A DNA stretch of 64,000 bases from a virus, in the IMG/VR virus record IMGVR_UViG_3300042290_000544, one strand, 5' to 3'. The position numbers were made by a program, and so were the translations under genes. Position 1 is the first letter of the stretch. Every line of letters starts with the position of its first letter. Under the pieces are notes generated by a model. That model did not search any database. It saw only the letters and a list, made by a program, of their open reading frames with translations, and was not told the DNA's origin. This document shows, one piece after another, positions 32,988-43,616 of the stretch.

Positions 32988-33341
32988 TCAAGGTTTAGTG
33001 ACAATCTGAGCGTATTCCTCACCGTTTTTAGAGAGAATGTACTTTCCATCAACGAGCCGGGCTTCATAGCTGGTCGTTAGCGCAGCCGGGCTAAATTCGC
33101 CTTTTGGCATGCTGAAGGAAGCAACCGACTGCTCTTTTGTTTGTTTTGCCTTCACGGGCTTAGTCGATGCGCTAGCAGAACCTATGCGTTTGCCTTTTTT
33201 AGACCTGAAGGTCTTTTCAAGCAGCTCTAGCGAACCAGCCTTTTCGATACGCATGGAGATGTAATCCCAGCCGCGGTAGGTAACCAGCTCGCCGGTCACG
33301 GTGCATTTCAAAGTAAGCTTTTTGATAGGTGTGTTATTCAT
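32988..33341 (-). CDS. Hypothetical protein
   Basis: Behind a cassette copy at 33340-33412. Confidence 0.65.
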   Translation of the reverse strand: MNNTPIKKLTLKCTVTGELVTYRGWDYISMRIEKAGSLELLEKTFRSKKGKRIGSASASTKPVKAKQTKEQSVASFSMPKGEFSPAALTTSYEARLVDGKYILSKNGEEYAQIVTKP

Positions 33342-33412
33342 TATGGTACAATCCTACAACATTCCGACTAAAAGTAAATCAAATAGATTGTCCTAAGTTG
33401 TTGATTAGTAAT
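33340..33412 (-). repeat. Dispersed copy of the early-promoter cassette
   Basis: Near-identical to the 10-kb copies. Confidence 0.8.
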
Positions 33413-33527
33413 AACCCGACAAAATACTTTGAACTTTCATAAGTCGTTGATAACCAATATAAACTAAATGACTGGCTACCAATTGCTTAGTAGCCAGCCG
33501 ATTTAATGAACAAAAATCTCGAAGCAA

Positions 33528-33797
33528 TTACTTGCTGATCTGATACAACTTGGCAGCCGGACCACGGGAACCCTTGGCCTTAGGCGCATCACCGACAACG
33601 GTGGCGTTTTTCTTTACGTACTCCGAGACGTACCAGTGGTTGATACCAATAGCATTAACGGCTTCCTTAAGGGTGAACGGCGTGGCTGGAAAGTTAAACT
33701 TCGTGACCAAAGACATAGCCTCCGGCTTCTTGACTCCGCGGCGAGGAGTGTTGGTGGTAGCGGTAGTATTGGAACTAGCGGTGTTATTCGTATTCAT
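33528..33797 (-). CDS. Small basic putative DNA-binding protein
   Basis: FTLKE...SRGPAAKLY; own promoter and downstream hairpin. Confidence 0.55.
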   Translation of the reverse strand: MNTNNTASSNTTATTNTPRRGVKKPEAMSLVTKFNFPATPFTLKEAVNAIGINHWYVSEYVKKNATVVGDAPKAKGSRGPAAKLYQISK

Positions 33798-33934
33798 ATA
33801 TTGCGTTTTGTGTTTATTGTTATTTGATGAGTGTTTGTTGTTTCTCAATCGATACCAATAACAATAAACAAAAATGGTTCAAAGTAAATAATAAAATGCT
33901 GAAATTGATTGCGTAAAAACTAAGTGATTGATCT

Positions 33935-34627
33935 TTAAGCATTTACGGAAAATTCGGTAATCATCGGAAAGATGGGAGCCAAAGCAAGAGCCATATTCTG
34001 AGCCACTTCCATGTGCTCCTTCTGAGTACCATTGCCCGAACGTACCTCAATGTAATGGATGAAGCTGCGGAGCGTTCCGGAGATGTAAAGACGGGAGACC
34101 GTGTTACCTTCTGGTAGAATAGAACGAGCTTGCTCTTTAGCAATACCACGTTCCAGTGCAGCTTTATAAGTTGCTGATGCTAAATCAATTACTTCTTGCT
34201 GTTTGATTTCCCACCACAATTTTGTGGCATCATCTGCGGTATCCAAGGAATTCTGGCGGTTCTTATCATCCTGGAGACGCGCCTCACGCGTTACGAAGTC
34301 CAACTCCTTCACGGGGTCGGCATAGCGTTGGCTAAACTCCTGGAAGGAGAATGAGCGATGGCGGAGAATCTGGCGGGCAATATCTCGGGTCGTATTGACT
34401 TCGACGCAGGCAGACACCATCTCCAAAGGAGACCAATGCTTGTTGCGAATAAGATACCGAATGAGTTTGTCGGAAGTCTCGGTATTGAACTGATTCTTTG
34501 GATTCGAGACTCTTGCACAAAATGCAATAAGATCCTGAAGATCCATACTGAAATTTTCAATTCCAATGGGTTTCATCCCATCTGCCATCTTGGAGTGGCT
34601 GATTAGTTTAACTTTTTTGGTTATCAT
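33935..34627 (-). CDS. thyX: Flavin-dependent thymidylate synthase
   Basis: HWSPLE, RHRSFSFQEFSQRY, EQAR..LP, TQKEH. Confidence 0.95.
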   Translation of the reverse strand: MITKKVKLISHSKMADGMKPIGIENFSMDLQDLIAFCARVSNPKNQFNTETSDKLIRYLIRNKHWSPLEMVSACVEVNTTRDIARQILRHRSFSFQEFSQRYADPVKELDFVTREARLQDDKNRQNSLDTADDATKLWWEIKQQEVIDLASATYKAALERGIAKEQARSILPEGNTVSRLYISGTLRSFIHYIEVRSGNGTQKEHMEVAQNMALALAPIFPMITEFSVNA

Positions 34628-35051
34628 GATTGATTTTATGTGTGAGATAGTACCCAAGCATTTTTACGTTTTTCTGAGTAAATTCAAATTCATCACTGTA
34701 AATGCCACCATTCCGCTGAATAAACTCTTCAGAAAAACCCTCCTTGAGCATACGGTTAACCATACCTCTGTTGAGAATGTAGGCACAAGAAGTCTTTTTT
34801 CCAAAATTAGGAAATATCATTATAGTACCAAAATCAGAATCGATTTTGGCTTTGGCAGCAATAAGTGTTTGACCTGAATTAATTGCAGTATCGAAATCAA
34901 TGGATACCTTAATGTCCTTATTTTGCAGTTGCGCAGAATGGATAATGTCGTGAGCAAACTCCAAGACACATTCATTGGTATGAACGTCGGTCTTGTGCTC
35001 GGAATAGTCTGGTTTGTTTTTTTCCTGTTCGTTATCGTCGTCGGCAAGCAT
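34608..35051 (-). CDS. Hypothetical protein
   Basis: ORF track, start trimmed. Confidence 0.55.
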   Translation of the reverse strand: MLADDDNEQEKNKPDYSEHKTDVHTNECVLEFAHDIIHSAQLQNKDIKVSIDFDTAINSGQTLIAAKAKIDSDFGTIMIFPNFGKKTSCAYILNRGMVNRMLKEGFSEEFIQRNGGIYSDEFEFTQKNVKMLGYYLTHKINHDNQKS

Positions 35052-35052
35052 A

Positions 35053-35736
35053 TTATGTCCAAAGGAGTCTGCGGTTTTTAACAACCCATTCGCATACCTG
35101 AGTGTCGGCTTCAACCAACTTCTCTTCTAATTCAGTGACTTTATTATACCGGTCCATCTTATTCTGAGCAAGATCGCTCATCATAAGAGGAACATCTTCC
35201 CACGCTTTTTCTATTTCCTTTAGAATTTCTTGCCGACCCTTGGTCGCATAAGCATGACACTCCTTTAATTGAGCCGCGAAGGTTTTAACTTTCTCCGAAT
35301 AGTCAAATAGAGTTTGGTCAAAGCACTTCTCACGGTCAACATACTCGATGACGCATTGCAGACAGAATTCTACAATGATGCAATCAAGATCGCGATACTC
35401 CCGAGTGAAAACCTTATCGCGCATTTCGGCGCGCGGATGATGAATGTAGGGCTTTATCTTCCGTTTGATTCTTTTGCAACTTGTTTCAATGTCCCAAAAG
35501 AATCCAGCAACGGTATCGCGAAAGAAGTATTGCACCGGATATTCCTTTTTAACATACGCATCAAATTTTTCCCACTCGCCTACAAGGTCCTTTCCGGCAC
35601 TGAGTGCATAGGGTTTGATGTAAAGAGGGAATGGCCAATACCACACAATCAGTTCTCTGGATTGCCGCGGCATCGCTTTGTATTCGTCAACGGTATGAAC
35701 CATGACGCAGTGTTTGTAAGGATTGTCGTTAAACAT
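35053..35736 (-). CDS. Hypothetical protein
   Basis: ORF track; ends R..LWT. Confidence 0.65.
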   Translation of the reverse strand: MFNDNPYKHCVMVHTVDEYKAMPRQSRELIVWYWPFPLYIKPYALSAGKDLVGEWEKFDAYVKKEYPVQYFFRDTVAGFFWDIETSCKRIKRKIKPYIHHPRAEMRDKVFTREYRDLDCIIVEFCLQCVIEYVDREKCFDQTLFDYSEKVKTFAAQLKECHAYATKGRQEILKEIEKAWEDVPLMMSDLAQNKMDRYNKVTELEEKLVEADTQVCEWVVKNRRLLWT

Positions 35737-36439
35737 AAGTGTAGACCTGTGCAATGTGTTCGGTTAGATCGAAGGCAATCGGCTTATTAATAGGTACATA
35801 CTGTTCGTTGCAGATTGAAGCATTAATGTGTAATACATCCTCTGGAGAATAAGCGTAACCGTACGCAGCGTGAATATGACCGCAAACATGAGCTTTAAGA
35901 TTTGGTAGTTTTTGAATTGTTTGTAACAGATTGCTGCATCCGACTTTTTCATTCACCCAAGGCATTTTGTAATTGGGGCATTCATCCACAAAACCATATG
36001 CGGGTCCGTGAGTGACGAGCACCTGAATATCCTTTGGAATAAGGTCCCAGTGTTTCTGGATAGCATCACCACGTCTGCGGTTGAATGCCCAGCCAAAGAA
36101 CTCTGGTTGTACCGGAGAACCCCAGAACTTAACTCCTTCAATTGTGGCACCAGAATCATTTAGATAATGGAAACCTTCCGAGACGGGAAGCATTGCCTTA
36201 ATGGCACTTTCACTACTGGGATAGTCGAGATGACCCGGGTCCATAAAAATATCATGGTTGCCCGCAATAATGACGCGATGCTTGTAGGGAAGTGCATTGA
36301 ACCAGCCGAGGGCCCGAAGGGATTCCTCCATGGAACCGCGGTTACAGAAATCCCCGGCATGTACAATAACATCGGCTTCTGGTAAATCACCCAGGGCTTT
36401 GTGTAGCCCGTGGGTATCTGATATGCAGAGGATTCTCAT
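35729..36439 (-). CDS. Calcineurin-like metallophosphoesterase
   Basis: ISDTH, HAGD, AGNHD, THGP, CGHIH. Confidence 0.9.
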   Translation of the reverse strand: MRILCISDTHGLHKALGDLPEADVIVHAGDFCNRGSMEESLRALGWFNALPYKHRVIIAGNHDIFMDPGHLDYPSSESAIKAMLPVSEGFHYLNDSGATIEGVKFWGSPVQPEFFGWAFNRRRGDAIQKHWDLIPKDIQVLVTHGPAYGFVDECPNYKMPWVNEKVGCSNLLQTIQKLPNLKAHVCGHIHAAYGYAYSPEDVLHINASICNEQYVPINKPIAFDLTEHIAQVYTYV

Positions 36440-36443
36440 GTGT

Positions 36444-36632
36444 TTAATCTTTCTTCACGGTAACTCTTGCGGCAAATACTCCGGAAATAACCATTGTGGC
36501 ACACCAGGTGCTAAATGTAAACGGGATGGTAAGACCGAATAGAAGATTGAGCGACCAGATGATGGCAATTGGATAAAATATAATGAATGCAATTGCAAAT
36601 GCAATTACAAGAGCAATAAGGAATTCTTTCAT
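36444..36632 (-). CDS. Small membrane protein
   Basis: Hydrophobic; P...IWSLN.LF. Confidence 0.7.
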   Translation of the reverse strand: MKEFLIALVIAFAIAFIIFYPIAIIWSLNLLFGLTIPFTFSTWCATMVISGVFAARVTVKKD

Positions 36633-36633
36633 G

Positions 36634-36909
36634 TTAGGCGACGGCTGGAGTTTCTTCGGTCTTGGCTGAGCGGCGGTCGGTATTGCTGCCTTCCATGGCA
36701 AGGAGGAAATAACGAATTGTTGAGCGATCAACGCGGAATTGATTCTTGTCCTTATAGTCGGCAAGCTCGCGGGCAGATGCCGAGGACTTTAGCTTTGGAG
36801 GCTGTCCTGGAATCTTTCTAAGTCCTCGGTAAGACTTAATCGCTTCGGTTAACTTTTTCAGTTTCCGACGATATGAATACGAGTTGGTGCGTTTGTCAGT
36901 ATGGTTCAT
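36634..36909 (-). CDS. Basic hypothetical protein
   Basis: Coupled to neighbouring genes. Confidence 0.55.
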   Translation of the reverse strand: MNHTDKRTNSYSYRRKLKKLTEAIKSYRGLRKIPGQPPKLKSSASARELADYKDKNQFRVDRSTIRYFLLAMEGSNTDRRSAKTEETPAVA

Positions 36910-37484
36910 GGCAGTTTATAGGAAATTGTGTGAAGGAAAGAACCTGTTTTGTAAAGGGTAATGGATAATTTACGGCGAACCCAGCGGTAGGGCGATGTGT
37001 GGAAAATAAAGCGGTTGTACCAACGAGAATTCTCGTATTCTCGGTCTGCATGCCATTTGCGCTCTTGCTCTTTTCTGTCGGCGCTGGGCACTTTTTTAAA
37101 CTCAAAAAGTTCGGTAGATTGAACCTTACCGTCAATGAGTACAACTTTAAATTCAATAGAACAGTCCCAAAGACCAAGCACATCATGACGGTAGTCATAC
37201 ATGTAAATAGTTTCAGTGATTTTTTGAAGTTCAAGATATGGTTCCGTACGTTTGAGGGAACCAATACGGTCCAACCAATTTTTAGAGTTGGCATCACCTT
37301 CGACCCATTTCTCACTCTTGTATTTTTCAAGAAAGAAATTACCGTCTTGAACAACATAGTTGCCCAAGCAGCAGTGAAGGTCCTTGGTCTGAAAGGACCA
37401 GTTGTTTTTATCGAGACCAAACTCCTTCATCTCTTCCGAGAAAGGTAATTTGTCGCCCCATTGAATTGTATCGAACATTCCCAT
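36906..37484 (-). CDS. Conserved phage protein (MGMFD...FQTKDL)
   Basis: Recognisable N-terminal motif; early promoter upstream. Confidence 0.7.
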   Translation of the reverse strand: MGMFDTIQWGDKLPFSEEMKEFGLDKNNWSFQTKDLHCCLGNYVVQDGNFFLEKYKSEKWVEGDANSKNWLDRIGSLKRTEPYLELQKITETIYMYDYRHDVLGLWDCSIEFKVVLIDGKVQSTELFEFKKVPSADRKEQERKWHADREYENSRWYNRFIFHTSPYRWVRRKLSITLYKTGSFLHTISYKLP

Positions 37485-37535
37485 ATTGTAGTTCCTATAT
37501 TACATTGTTGTACCGCAAAGTAAACAACAAAATGC

Positions 37536-37781
37536 TTACAGTTTGAAATTAAGTTGGTCTCTAATTGTTTGCACGAAGACCCTACCAGCTTCGGAAGCCG
37601 ATTCAAGATCGGGAGCAATTACATTGCCATTTCGCTCAATTCTAAGTATTTCTTTGCCTCCCACGTTAAAGTCAAGAACGGAATCGGTAATCTGAGTGCC
37701 CACCAAAAGTTCAGAAAGGGGGCTAAAGTTAATCGGATTGAAGCTGGGTTCAATGTCTTTGAATTCTGTTTGTGTTTCCAT
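37536..37781 (-). CDS. Hypothetical protein
   Basis: ORF after the helicase. Confidence 0.55.
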   Translation of the reverse strand: METQTEFKDIEPSFNPINFSPLSELLVGTQITDSVLDFNVGGKEILRIERNGNVIAPDLESASEAGRVFVQTIRDQLNFKL

Positions 37782-37785
37782 AGTA

Positions 37786-39180
37786 TTACATTTTGAATCC
37801 ACTGAAGTCACGTTTCGGAGTCACGCCGAATGATGGCACCGAAGGGCTGGCTTGGCGGAAGGTTGGTTCTTTAGTAAGAGTTTGTGCTTTGTTTTCGACA
37901 TCGTACAACCGCATTTTGGCACGGTCGACACCGATGATGAATTTTTTGTTTTTAGTTGGGTCGTTGTAACGATTCTTTAGTTGTTTCACGAGGAGCTGAT
38001 TCATTTTCTCCAGTTCCTCGGTTGAGATCAATGCAAACATTAAGTCGGCGGTAGCCGGGAGACCGAACGATTCCGAAGTGTCGGTAAGTTCAACATCGCT
38101 GTTACCGAAACCCGAGCGGGTCGTCTGAGTCGCAGAGAAGATGGGAACATCAAACTCCACGGCAAGCCCACGGATTTCTTCGGCAATGGCTTTAATAAAC
38201 GAATAGGTGTTGACGGAACCGCCGACACCCTTCATACGAGCCGATGCACAGATATTAAGATAGTCGATAAAGATGGCATCGGCCTTAAAGTCCTTCTTAA
38301 GTTTCAGTTCATTCAGGAGAGCACGAAAGTGTCCTGCATGGGCGGAAGCGGTCGGATATTCTTTTACAATAAGGGTACCCTTTGTCTTTGCGGCAATCTT
38401 CTGGATTTTAGATTCATAAAGATCCTTTGGCATATTTGCCAACTGATCAATCGGAACATTCATTAGATTGGCATCAATACGTTCGGCAATGCGTTCTTCC
38501 GACATTTCAAGTGTAATGTAAAGCACATTTCTGCCCTGAGTAAGGAACGAAGAAGCCACATGACACATGAATAGAGATTTACCCACGCCCGTACCCGCAA
38601 GACAGATATTAAGAGTCTTCCGAGGCACACCATTCTTTGTAATGGTATTGAACATCTCCAGATCAAATGGAGTACGGTCTTCAACCTTATGATAGAAATC
38701 AAAGCGGTCGTCAGCATTACCAATGTAGTCGTGACCAACAGAATTATCAAAATTGATTCCTAATGCCTTTTGTAGAATATCGGGAATTGCATCTTGGGAG
38801 GTTTCTTTTTTCTTACCGTCAATGATGGAAATAGATTCCATGATTGCCAGAAATACCGCGCGGTCCTTACACCATTTTTCGGTATGTTCCAGCAACCATT
38901 GATCCTGGACAACGGGGTTCTCCTTGAGTGAATCAATAAGTTTAACAGTGTTGTCATACTGCTCCTCACTGATGTCGGTATTTCTGTTTACTAGATCAAT
39001 GTTGAGTGTCGTCTGAGTCGGCAACTTATTGTACTTCTCGATGAAATCAACGATGAGTTTATAGACGGACTTATGTGACCCCTCAAAGTATTCGCGTTTA
39101 ATGAATGGTAGTACCTTGCGGCAATACCCTTCATCATTCACTAACTTCTGAAGAATCGTTGTTTGTAGATTGTTTGTCAT
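37786..39180 (-). CDS. 41: Replicative DNA helicase (T4 gp41)
   Basis: AGTGVGKS, ITLEM.EE, IDYLNIC, SATQTTR, SESFGLP. Confidence 0.95.
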   Translation of the reverse strand: MTNNLQTTILQKLVNDEGYCRKVLPFIKREYFEGSHKSVYKLIVDFIEKYNKLPTQTTLNIDLVNRNTDISEEQYDNTVKLIDSLKENPVVQDQWLLEHTEKWCKDRAVFLAIMESISIIDGKKKETSQDAIPDILQKALGINFDNSVGHDYIGNADDRFDFYHKVEDRTPFDLEMFNTITKNGVPRKTLNICLAGTGVGKSLFMCHVASSFLTQGRNVLYITLEMSEERIAERIDANLMNVPIDQLANMPKDLYESKIQKIAAKTKGTLIVKEYPTASAHAGHFRALLNELKLKKDFKADAIFIDYLNICASARMKGVGGSVNTYSFIKAIAEEIRGLAVEFDVPIFSATQTTRSGFGNSDVELTDTSESFGLPATADLMFALISTEELEKMNQLLVKQLKNRYNDPTKNKKFIIGVDRAKMRLYDVENKAQTLTKEPTFRQASPSVPSFGVTPKRDFSGFKM

Positions 39181-39499
39181 TAGACCCTACTTTATAGTTT
39201 CCCGTGTCGAAGGCATTTTGAATGATGTGACTTAGAATGTCACCAAGGTGATTGTTGAAATCGGCAGACATTTCCAGTTCATCAATATCATGAACGTCTG
39301 GAGCTTCGTCTACTTTGAATTGAAAAGAGAGAGTGGCCGATTCTTTGTCTTCGTTTACCTTTAAGGAAACCTTTCCGTAAGTAACAACGACGCCCGACCA
39401 TGGGCCACTCTTTAACTTAACCGAATACAATTCGGAAGTTGGCTTTTCAACGAAAGCGTAATCTGTATCTGTAATTTTAGGATTCATCGGCTTCATCAT
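39134..39499 (-). CDS. Conserved hypothetical protein between uvsX and 41
   Basis: Position and G....YGKV motif. Confidence 0.65.
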   Translation of the reverse strand: MMKPMNPKITDTDYAFVEKPTSELYSVKLKSGPWSGVVVTYGKVSLKVNEDKESATLSFQFKVDEAPDVHDIDELEMSADFNNHLGDILSHIIQNAFDTGNYKVGSNDKQSTNNDSSEVSE

Positions 39500-40526
39500 C
39501 TACGATTGAGGTGAGACCACTTTGACCTTCGCCGCCTAGGGTATAGCGAGTACGGATGTAATCTTTAAATTCTTTCGAGTCAAGAATGTCTTTCCAGAAT
39601 TCCTTCGTGTAGGTATCTTTCTCACGGTACTTGGCGGTGTCACCTTTCTTTTGGTACCAACCCTGGGTCGGTTTAGTGACAAAGCCGCCATCAAGAGAAA
39701 CCTCAAGGAGACCAGAGTATTTCTCAACGCCGTTGGCAAAAGAAACAGAAATCGGAACCTTGGACTTTTCTTTTACAAAGCGAGACTTGTCAACGTTGAT
39801 CACAAAGTGGTAACCTTGGAGACCGTCATCATCCTTGTCTTGTTGGCGGCCGAGAATCCAGACCGTGTTTGCCGAGTAATAGAGACCGGTACCACCAGAA
39901 AGAACATCCTTGGGATACATGTCCTGCGTCTTGTAGGTGTGACCGATGGCAACAATCGGAATGTCCTTCATTGAAAGATGCGGGGTTACCATACGGAACA
40001 GGCTCTTGAAAGCCTTGGCACGAGTCATATCGGCAACCGATTTCTCATTCATGGCATCCTCAACTTCCTTCTTGGAAGCAAGGTTACCGACCGAGTCAAT
40101 CATGATGATGACCTTGTCGCTTTTCTCAATTCCATCAAGCTGTTTCATAATGTCGAATTTAAGGTCTTCGACATTCATGATGGGGCAGTGGAGCACGCGG
40201 CTGGTATCAATGCCAAAGGTCTTGAAGTAAGCCTGAGGCGAACCAAATTCAGAATCATAGAATAGTACGATTGAATCAGGATGCTTTCTCATATACGCCG
40301 CAACCATGATGAGGGCAAATGAGGTCTTGAAGTGTTTAGATGGACCGGCAAGGACGGTAAGACCGGAAGTGAGACCCTTGTCGAGGTCACCCGAAAGGGC
40401 AACATTGATCATAGGAACATCGGTCGGAACACTGTTGTCGCCTTGATTGAAAAACTTGGATTCATCCAAGGTAGACGAGCTATCAATGCGGGAATTCTTT
40501 TTTAGTTTAGCGAGTAATGATGACAT
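39477..40526 (-). CDS. uvsX: RecA-like recombinase
   Basis: AGPSKHFKT, YDSEFG, IDSVGNLASKKE, DMTRAK. Confidence 0.95.
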   Translation of the reverse strand: MSSLLAKLKKNSRIDSSSTLDESKFFNQGDNSVPTDVPMINVALSGDLDKGLTSGLTVLAGPSKHFKTSFALIMVAAYMRKHPDSIVLFYDSEFGSPQAYFKTFGIDTSRVLHCPIMNVEDLKFDIMKQLDGIEKSDKVIIMIDSVGNLASKKEVEDAMNEKSVADMTRAKAFKSLFRMVTPHLSMKDIPIVAIGHTYKTQDMYPKDVLSGGTGLYYSANTVWILGRQQDKDDDGLQGYHFVINVDKSRFVKEKSKVPISVSFANGVEKYSGLLEVSLDGGFVTKPTQGWYQKKGDTAKYREKDTYTKEFWKDILDSKEFKDYIRTRYTLGGEGQSGLTSIVDDEADES

Positions 40527-40565
40527 AATAGAAATATACTATAGTTGATTGATCCTGTACATCTT

Positions 40566-41564
40566 TTAATGATTCCAGTGAGGATAAAATTCTCTGGATA
40601 AATGAACAGATTGTGGCTTTTCCATATAGGCAAAGTCCAGTTCCTCTTTGTGATTCATTAGCGTTGAAACCCATTTAAATACACAAACGTTTCCTTTAAC
40701 GTTTTCCTCCAGCTCCCTAACAAAGAGCTTTCGAATTTCGTTGCGCTCATTCCAGCTCCCGTAAAATGGAGCGTCTTTATAATACCCAGTCTTTGGTAGT
40801 TTACGAGATTCGTTTTCGATTGGAAGCGGTTCCCAGATTGTAACCTTTGCATTACCTTTCTCAGACAGATCTTGGCATTGCTTTACGTATTCCGCAACAA
40901 GAGCCTTCGTAGCTTTAATTGGATCCGGCTGGCGAAGTAAATGGTGGCGAATATCGATGTTGCCAAAATAAACTTCAAATTCAGAATATGCCAACGTATT
41001 ATCCGGAACAAATGATTCAAGACCCATATTAAGTGCACCGTGCAAGGTCTTGAAGGGAACCGAATTAACTTTCCATCCGGGCCGATACATAGAAATTGCG
41101 TGAGAATCGCCAAATGCGAGTTTAGTACTCAGGAATTGATTATTCGGATTGATAACTGTTGCAAATGTTTCAATCTGTGCCAAGTTAGTCCAGTCGACAC
41201 TCTTCCAATCCGGGTGTGATGCTGGTTCCTTATCAACCCGGGGTTTAATCATCTCAGAGTATTTCGGGAAATCAATCACGAGAGAAAAAACTTTACCAGT
41301 GAATTTAGATAGACGGACAATCTGATCGATCGATCCATACTGCTTTACACCGCCAAACAAATTCACCGTACCGCCCCAATCATTACCATGGTAAACGGCA
41401 ATACATTCAAAGTCATTGTAATCTTCGATCTTACCGCCATAATTGACAGTAACGTCGTGGCCAGAGTGCCTTAATTGATCAGCATAGATTGCAGCCTGCG
41501 CCGCGCGGTGAGACGAAATACGCTCCGAGATTGGAGCCATTGGAGTTGTAATTAAAACTTTCAT
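40566..41564 (-). CDS. Hypothetical enzyme of the DNA-modification cluster (SGNH-like GDSH motif)
   Basis: FGDSH, FGNIDIRHH, SVHL; coupled to the PLP enzyme gene. Confidence 0.55.
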   Translation of the reverse strand: MKVLITTPMAPISERISSHRAAQAAIYADQLRHSGHDVTVNYGGKIEDYNDFECIAVYHGNDWGGTVNLFGGVKQYGSIDQIVRLSKFTGKVFSLVIDFPKYSEMIKPRVDKEPASHPDWKSVDWTNLAQIETFATVINPNNQFLSTKLAFGDSHAISMYRPGWKVNSVPFKTLHGALNMGLESFVPDNTLAYSEFEVYFGNIDIRHHLLRQPDPIKATKALVAEYVKQCQDLSEKGNAKVTIWEPLPIENESRKLPKTGYYKDAPFYGSWNERNEIRKLFVRELEENVKGNVCVFKWVSTLMNHKEELDFAYMEKPQSVHLSREFYPHWNH

Positions 41565-42451
41565 AATTCTGTCAATTGTTCATCTTTCTTCCATTTTCTA
41601 TAAGAATCCGTTCTATCTATAATTGATGCATCTTTTAAAACCGGATCGGTTCCAACATTCCACATTAAAATCTTTTTGCCCGTATTTTTTGGAATATACT
41701 TCCAAACTTTGGCATCATACGTGACCACTGTTGGAAATGGCGGTACGTTTTCTGGCTTTTCAGGAGTTTGAAAATCTAGAGGTTCGCTAATCACGGTGGC
41801 ACGACCCAGTTCACCTTCTTTAAGATTACGAGCTACGGCAATACATGTAAATTTAGCATTGGGCCAGGCAATTTGAAGAGCTCGGGTCAATACGCCAGTA
41901 GAAATAGCAACATAGACTTCATCCGGTTCTGGCAATTTAGATGCAGCATGAATGATCCCGGCCGTTGCATACTCATGCCTTAGTCCTAATGGAACAAAAA
42001 ATGCATTATTGTCTTTTGCCCACTTTTCAGCAAGGCGATTTAAATTTGGCATTGCCGCAATACGTTCAAAGATCGCAGTTGCTCCACGTTCAATGCAACA
42101 TGCCTGATGCACTGAAATCTTTTTGGAAGACGGCATAAAAAGAGTAACCTTTTTATTAATTCGGTTTGCCGTATCGCAAATCGACACTCCCGCGAGTCCA
42201 ACTCGAGGCTGAGAATATACGATATGATCCGATTTGATTTTTGCAACAAGCAAATCTCCAGCTCTTGTTTTCGTTCCTACGATGAGGTCGTCTCGAACCA
42301 CTTGAACACCCTCGTGTTCAATAATGACTGGATCCGGATTATACGGAGTCCACCCTTCGCAAAGGGAAAGGTAATAATCCTTGGCTTCTTTCCAGGACAT
42401 TAATCCAACATCTTTATTTAAACCGTCTATGACATGAGTATCGTGCGACAT
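41561..42451 (-). CDS. PLP-dependent enzyme (fold type II-like)
   Basis: VVRDD...GTKTR (Lys), VPLG, ISTGVL, YDAK.W, WNVG. Confidence 0.75.
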   Translation of the reverse strand: MSHDTHVIDGLNKDVGLMSWKEAKDYYLSLCEGWTPYNPDPVIIEHEGVQVVRDDLIVGTKTRAGDLLVAKIKSDHIVYSQPRVGLAGVSICDTANRINKKVTLFMPSSKKISVHQACCIERGATAIFERIAAMPNLNRLAEKWAKDNNAFFVPLGLRHEYATAGIIHAASKLPEPDEVYVAISTGVLTRALQIAWPNAKFTCIAVARNLKEGELGRATVISEPLDFQTPEKPENVPPFPTVVTYDAKVWKYIPKNTGKKILMWNVGTDPVLKDASIIDRTDSYRKWKKDEQLTEL

Positions 42452-42452
42452 A

Positions 42453-43613
42453 TTATTTTAAGGTTTTGCAGAGCTCTTTATATTTTTCTACAGTGACTCC
42501 GGCACGGCTAATGACATAATCATCTGATGGATGCACGTCAAGATCGTTAAATGACTTAATGAGACCCAGCTCGAGCATTGGTTTCTGGCGGCCGTACGGA
42601 TGATCGTGAATCTGATGTGATGACCAAAGATTATCTCTGTCAAGATGGTTGTATGCCGCACCTGGGCGGACGTAATTTTCAACCCAACGAATAAAGTCAC
42701 AGCACACATCTTCTGCGTTATATGGGAATGCTCCAGTATCAGATTGAATCTTCTCCATGACAAGATCGAGAAAAGCCTCAGTCTTCATTTTTTTCGTCGG
42801 CGTCGCGAGATAAGAAATGCACTCAATGGCATTGGTACCGTAATAGAATGGAGTATCTCGGTGAACATATTGGGGAAACCAGTCAGCAACGTCAGCAACA
42901 ACTGCTGCATATTGGAAAGCGAACCTGCGCATTCCGTTTGCTTGATTCCAGCTCAACATGAATTCGCCAATTTCGCGAAGTGTCTTCTTGTTTCCTGCAA
43001 CTAAGAAATCTGCAAGTTCAGTGGCCAAACGTGGAGCAAATTCGCAGAGGTAGTAATCGCCACCACGTTTATAACCTGCTGGTGGTTTTGGAAATGCAGG
43101 AAACTGGTATCCAACTGAAGTGTAAAACGGAGACTTCTCGGTCTTTACGATTTCAGTCATCTCTGGAATTGAAGAAGCAGTATGAAGCTTGAACAATAAC
43201 GTATTATGGTAACCGGATGGTTTCGTCGCATAATTGATGGCAGAACCTGTTACGCGGTGAAGAATGAATACGTACATCCATTCTGCAAGAGAGAACTTCT
43301 TTCCGTTCCAGCTTGTCGCCACAGTCTTACGTTGGGCAGTATGGTTTCCTGATGACATCTTCATCCAATAGGGATGATGTGCATTCCAACCATAAAAGCA
43401 ATCATTCACGATCTGTGAGAATCCAGCAAATTTACGTTCAACCACATCGTAGAGCTCGACATTTTCAAGCAAAGCATCACCCATTTTCGACTCAGCATGG
43501 GTTAACATCCCATAAGGAGGCTTGGATGAAACGTTGCATTTTTCCTGTTGATCCTTTGCTAATTGATAATAGCGAAGGAATTCATCGTAATAGTGTGTAG
43601 TTGAGAGTCCCAT
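42453..43613 (-). CDS. Putative amino-acid:DNA transferase (aGPT-Pplase-like, HhH-glycosylase fold)
   Basis: FQYAAVVAD, YGTNA, EDVCCDFIRW resemble family motifs; cluster context. Confidence 0.55.
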   Translation of the reverse strand: MGLSTTHYYDEFLRYYQLAKDQQEKCNVSSKPPYGMLTHAESKMGDALLENVELYDVVERKFAGFSQIVNDCFYGWNAHHPYWMKMSSGNHTAQRKTVATSWNGKKFSLAEWMYVFILHRVTGSAINYATKPSGYHNTLLFKLHTASSIPEMTEIVKTEKSPFYTSVGYQFPAFPKPPAGYKRGGDYYLCEFAPRLATELADFLVAGNKKTLREIGEFMLSWNQANGMRRFAFQYAAVVADVADWFPQYVHRDTPFYYGTNAIECISYLATPTKKMKTEAFLDLVMEKIQSDTGAFPYNAEDVCCDFIRWVENYVRPGAAYNHLDRDNLWSSHQIHDHPYGRQKPMLELGLIKSFNDLDVHPSDDYVISRAGVTVEKYKELCKTLK

Positions 43614-43616
43614 AAA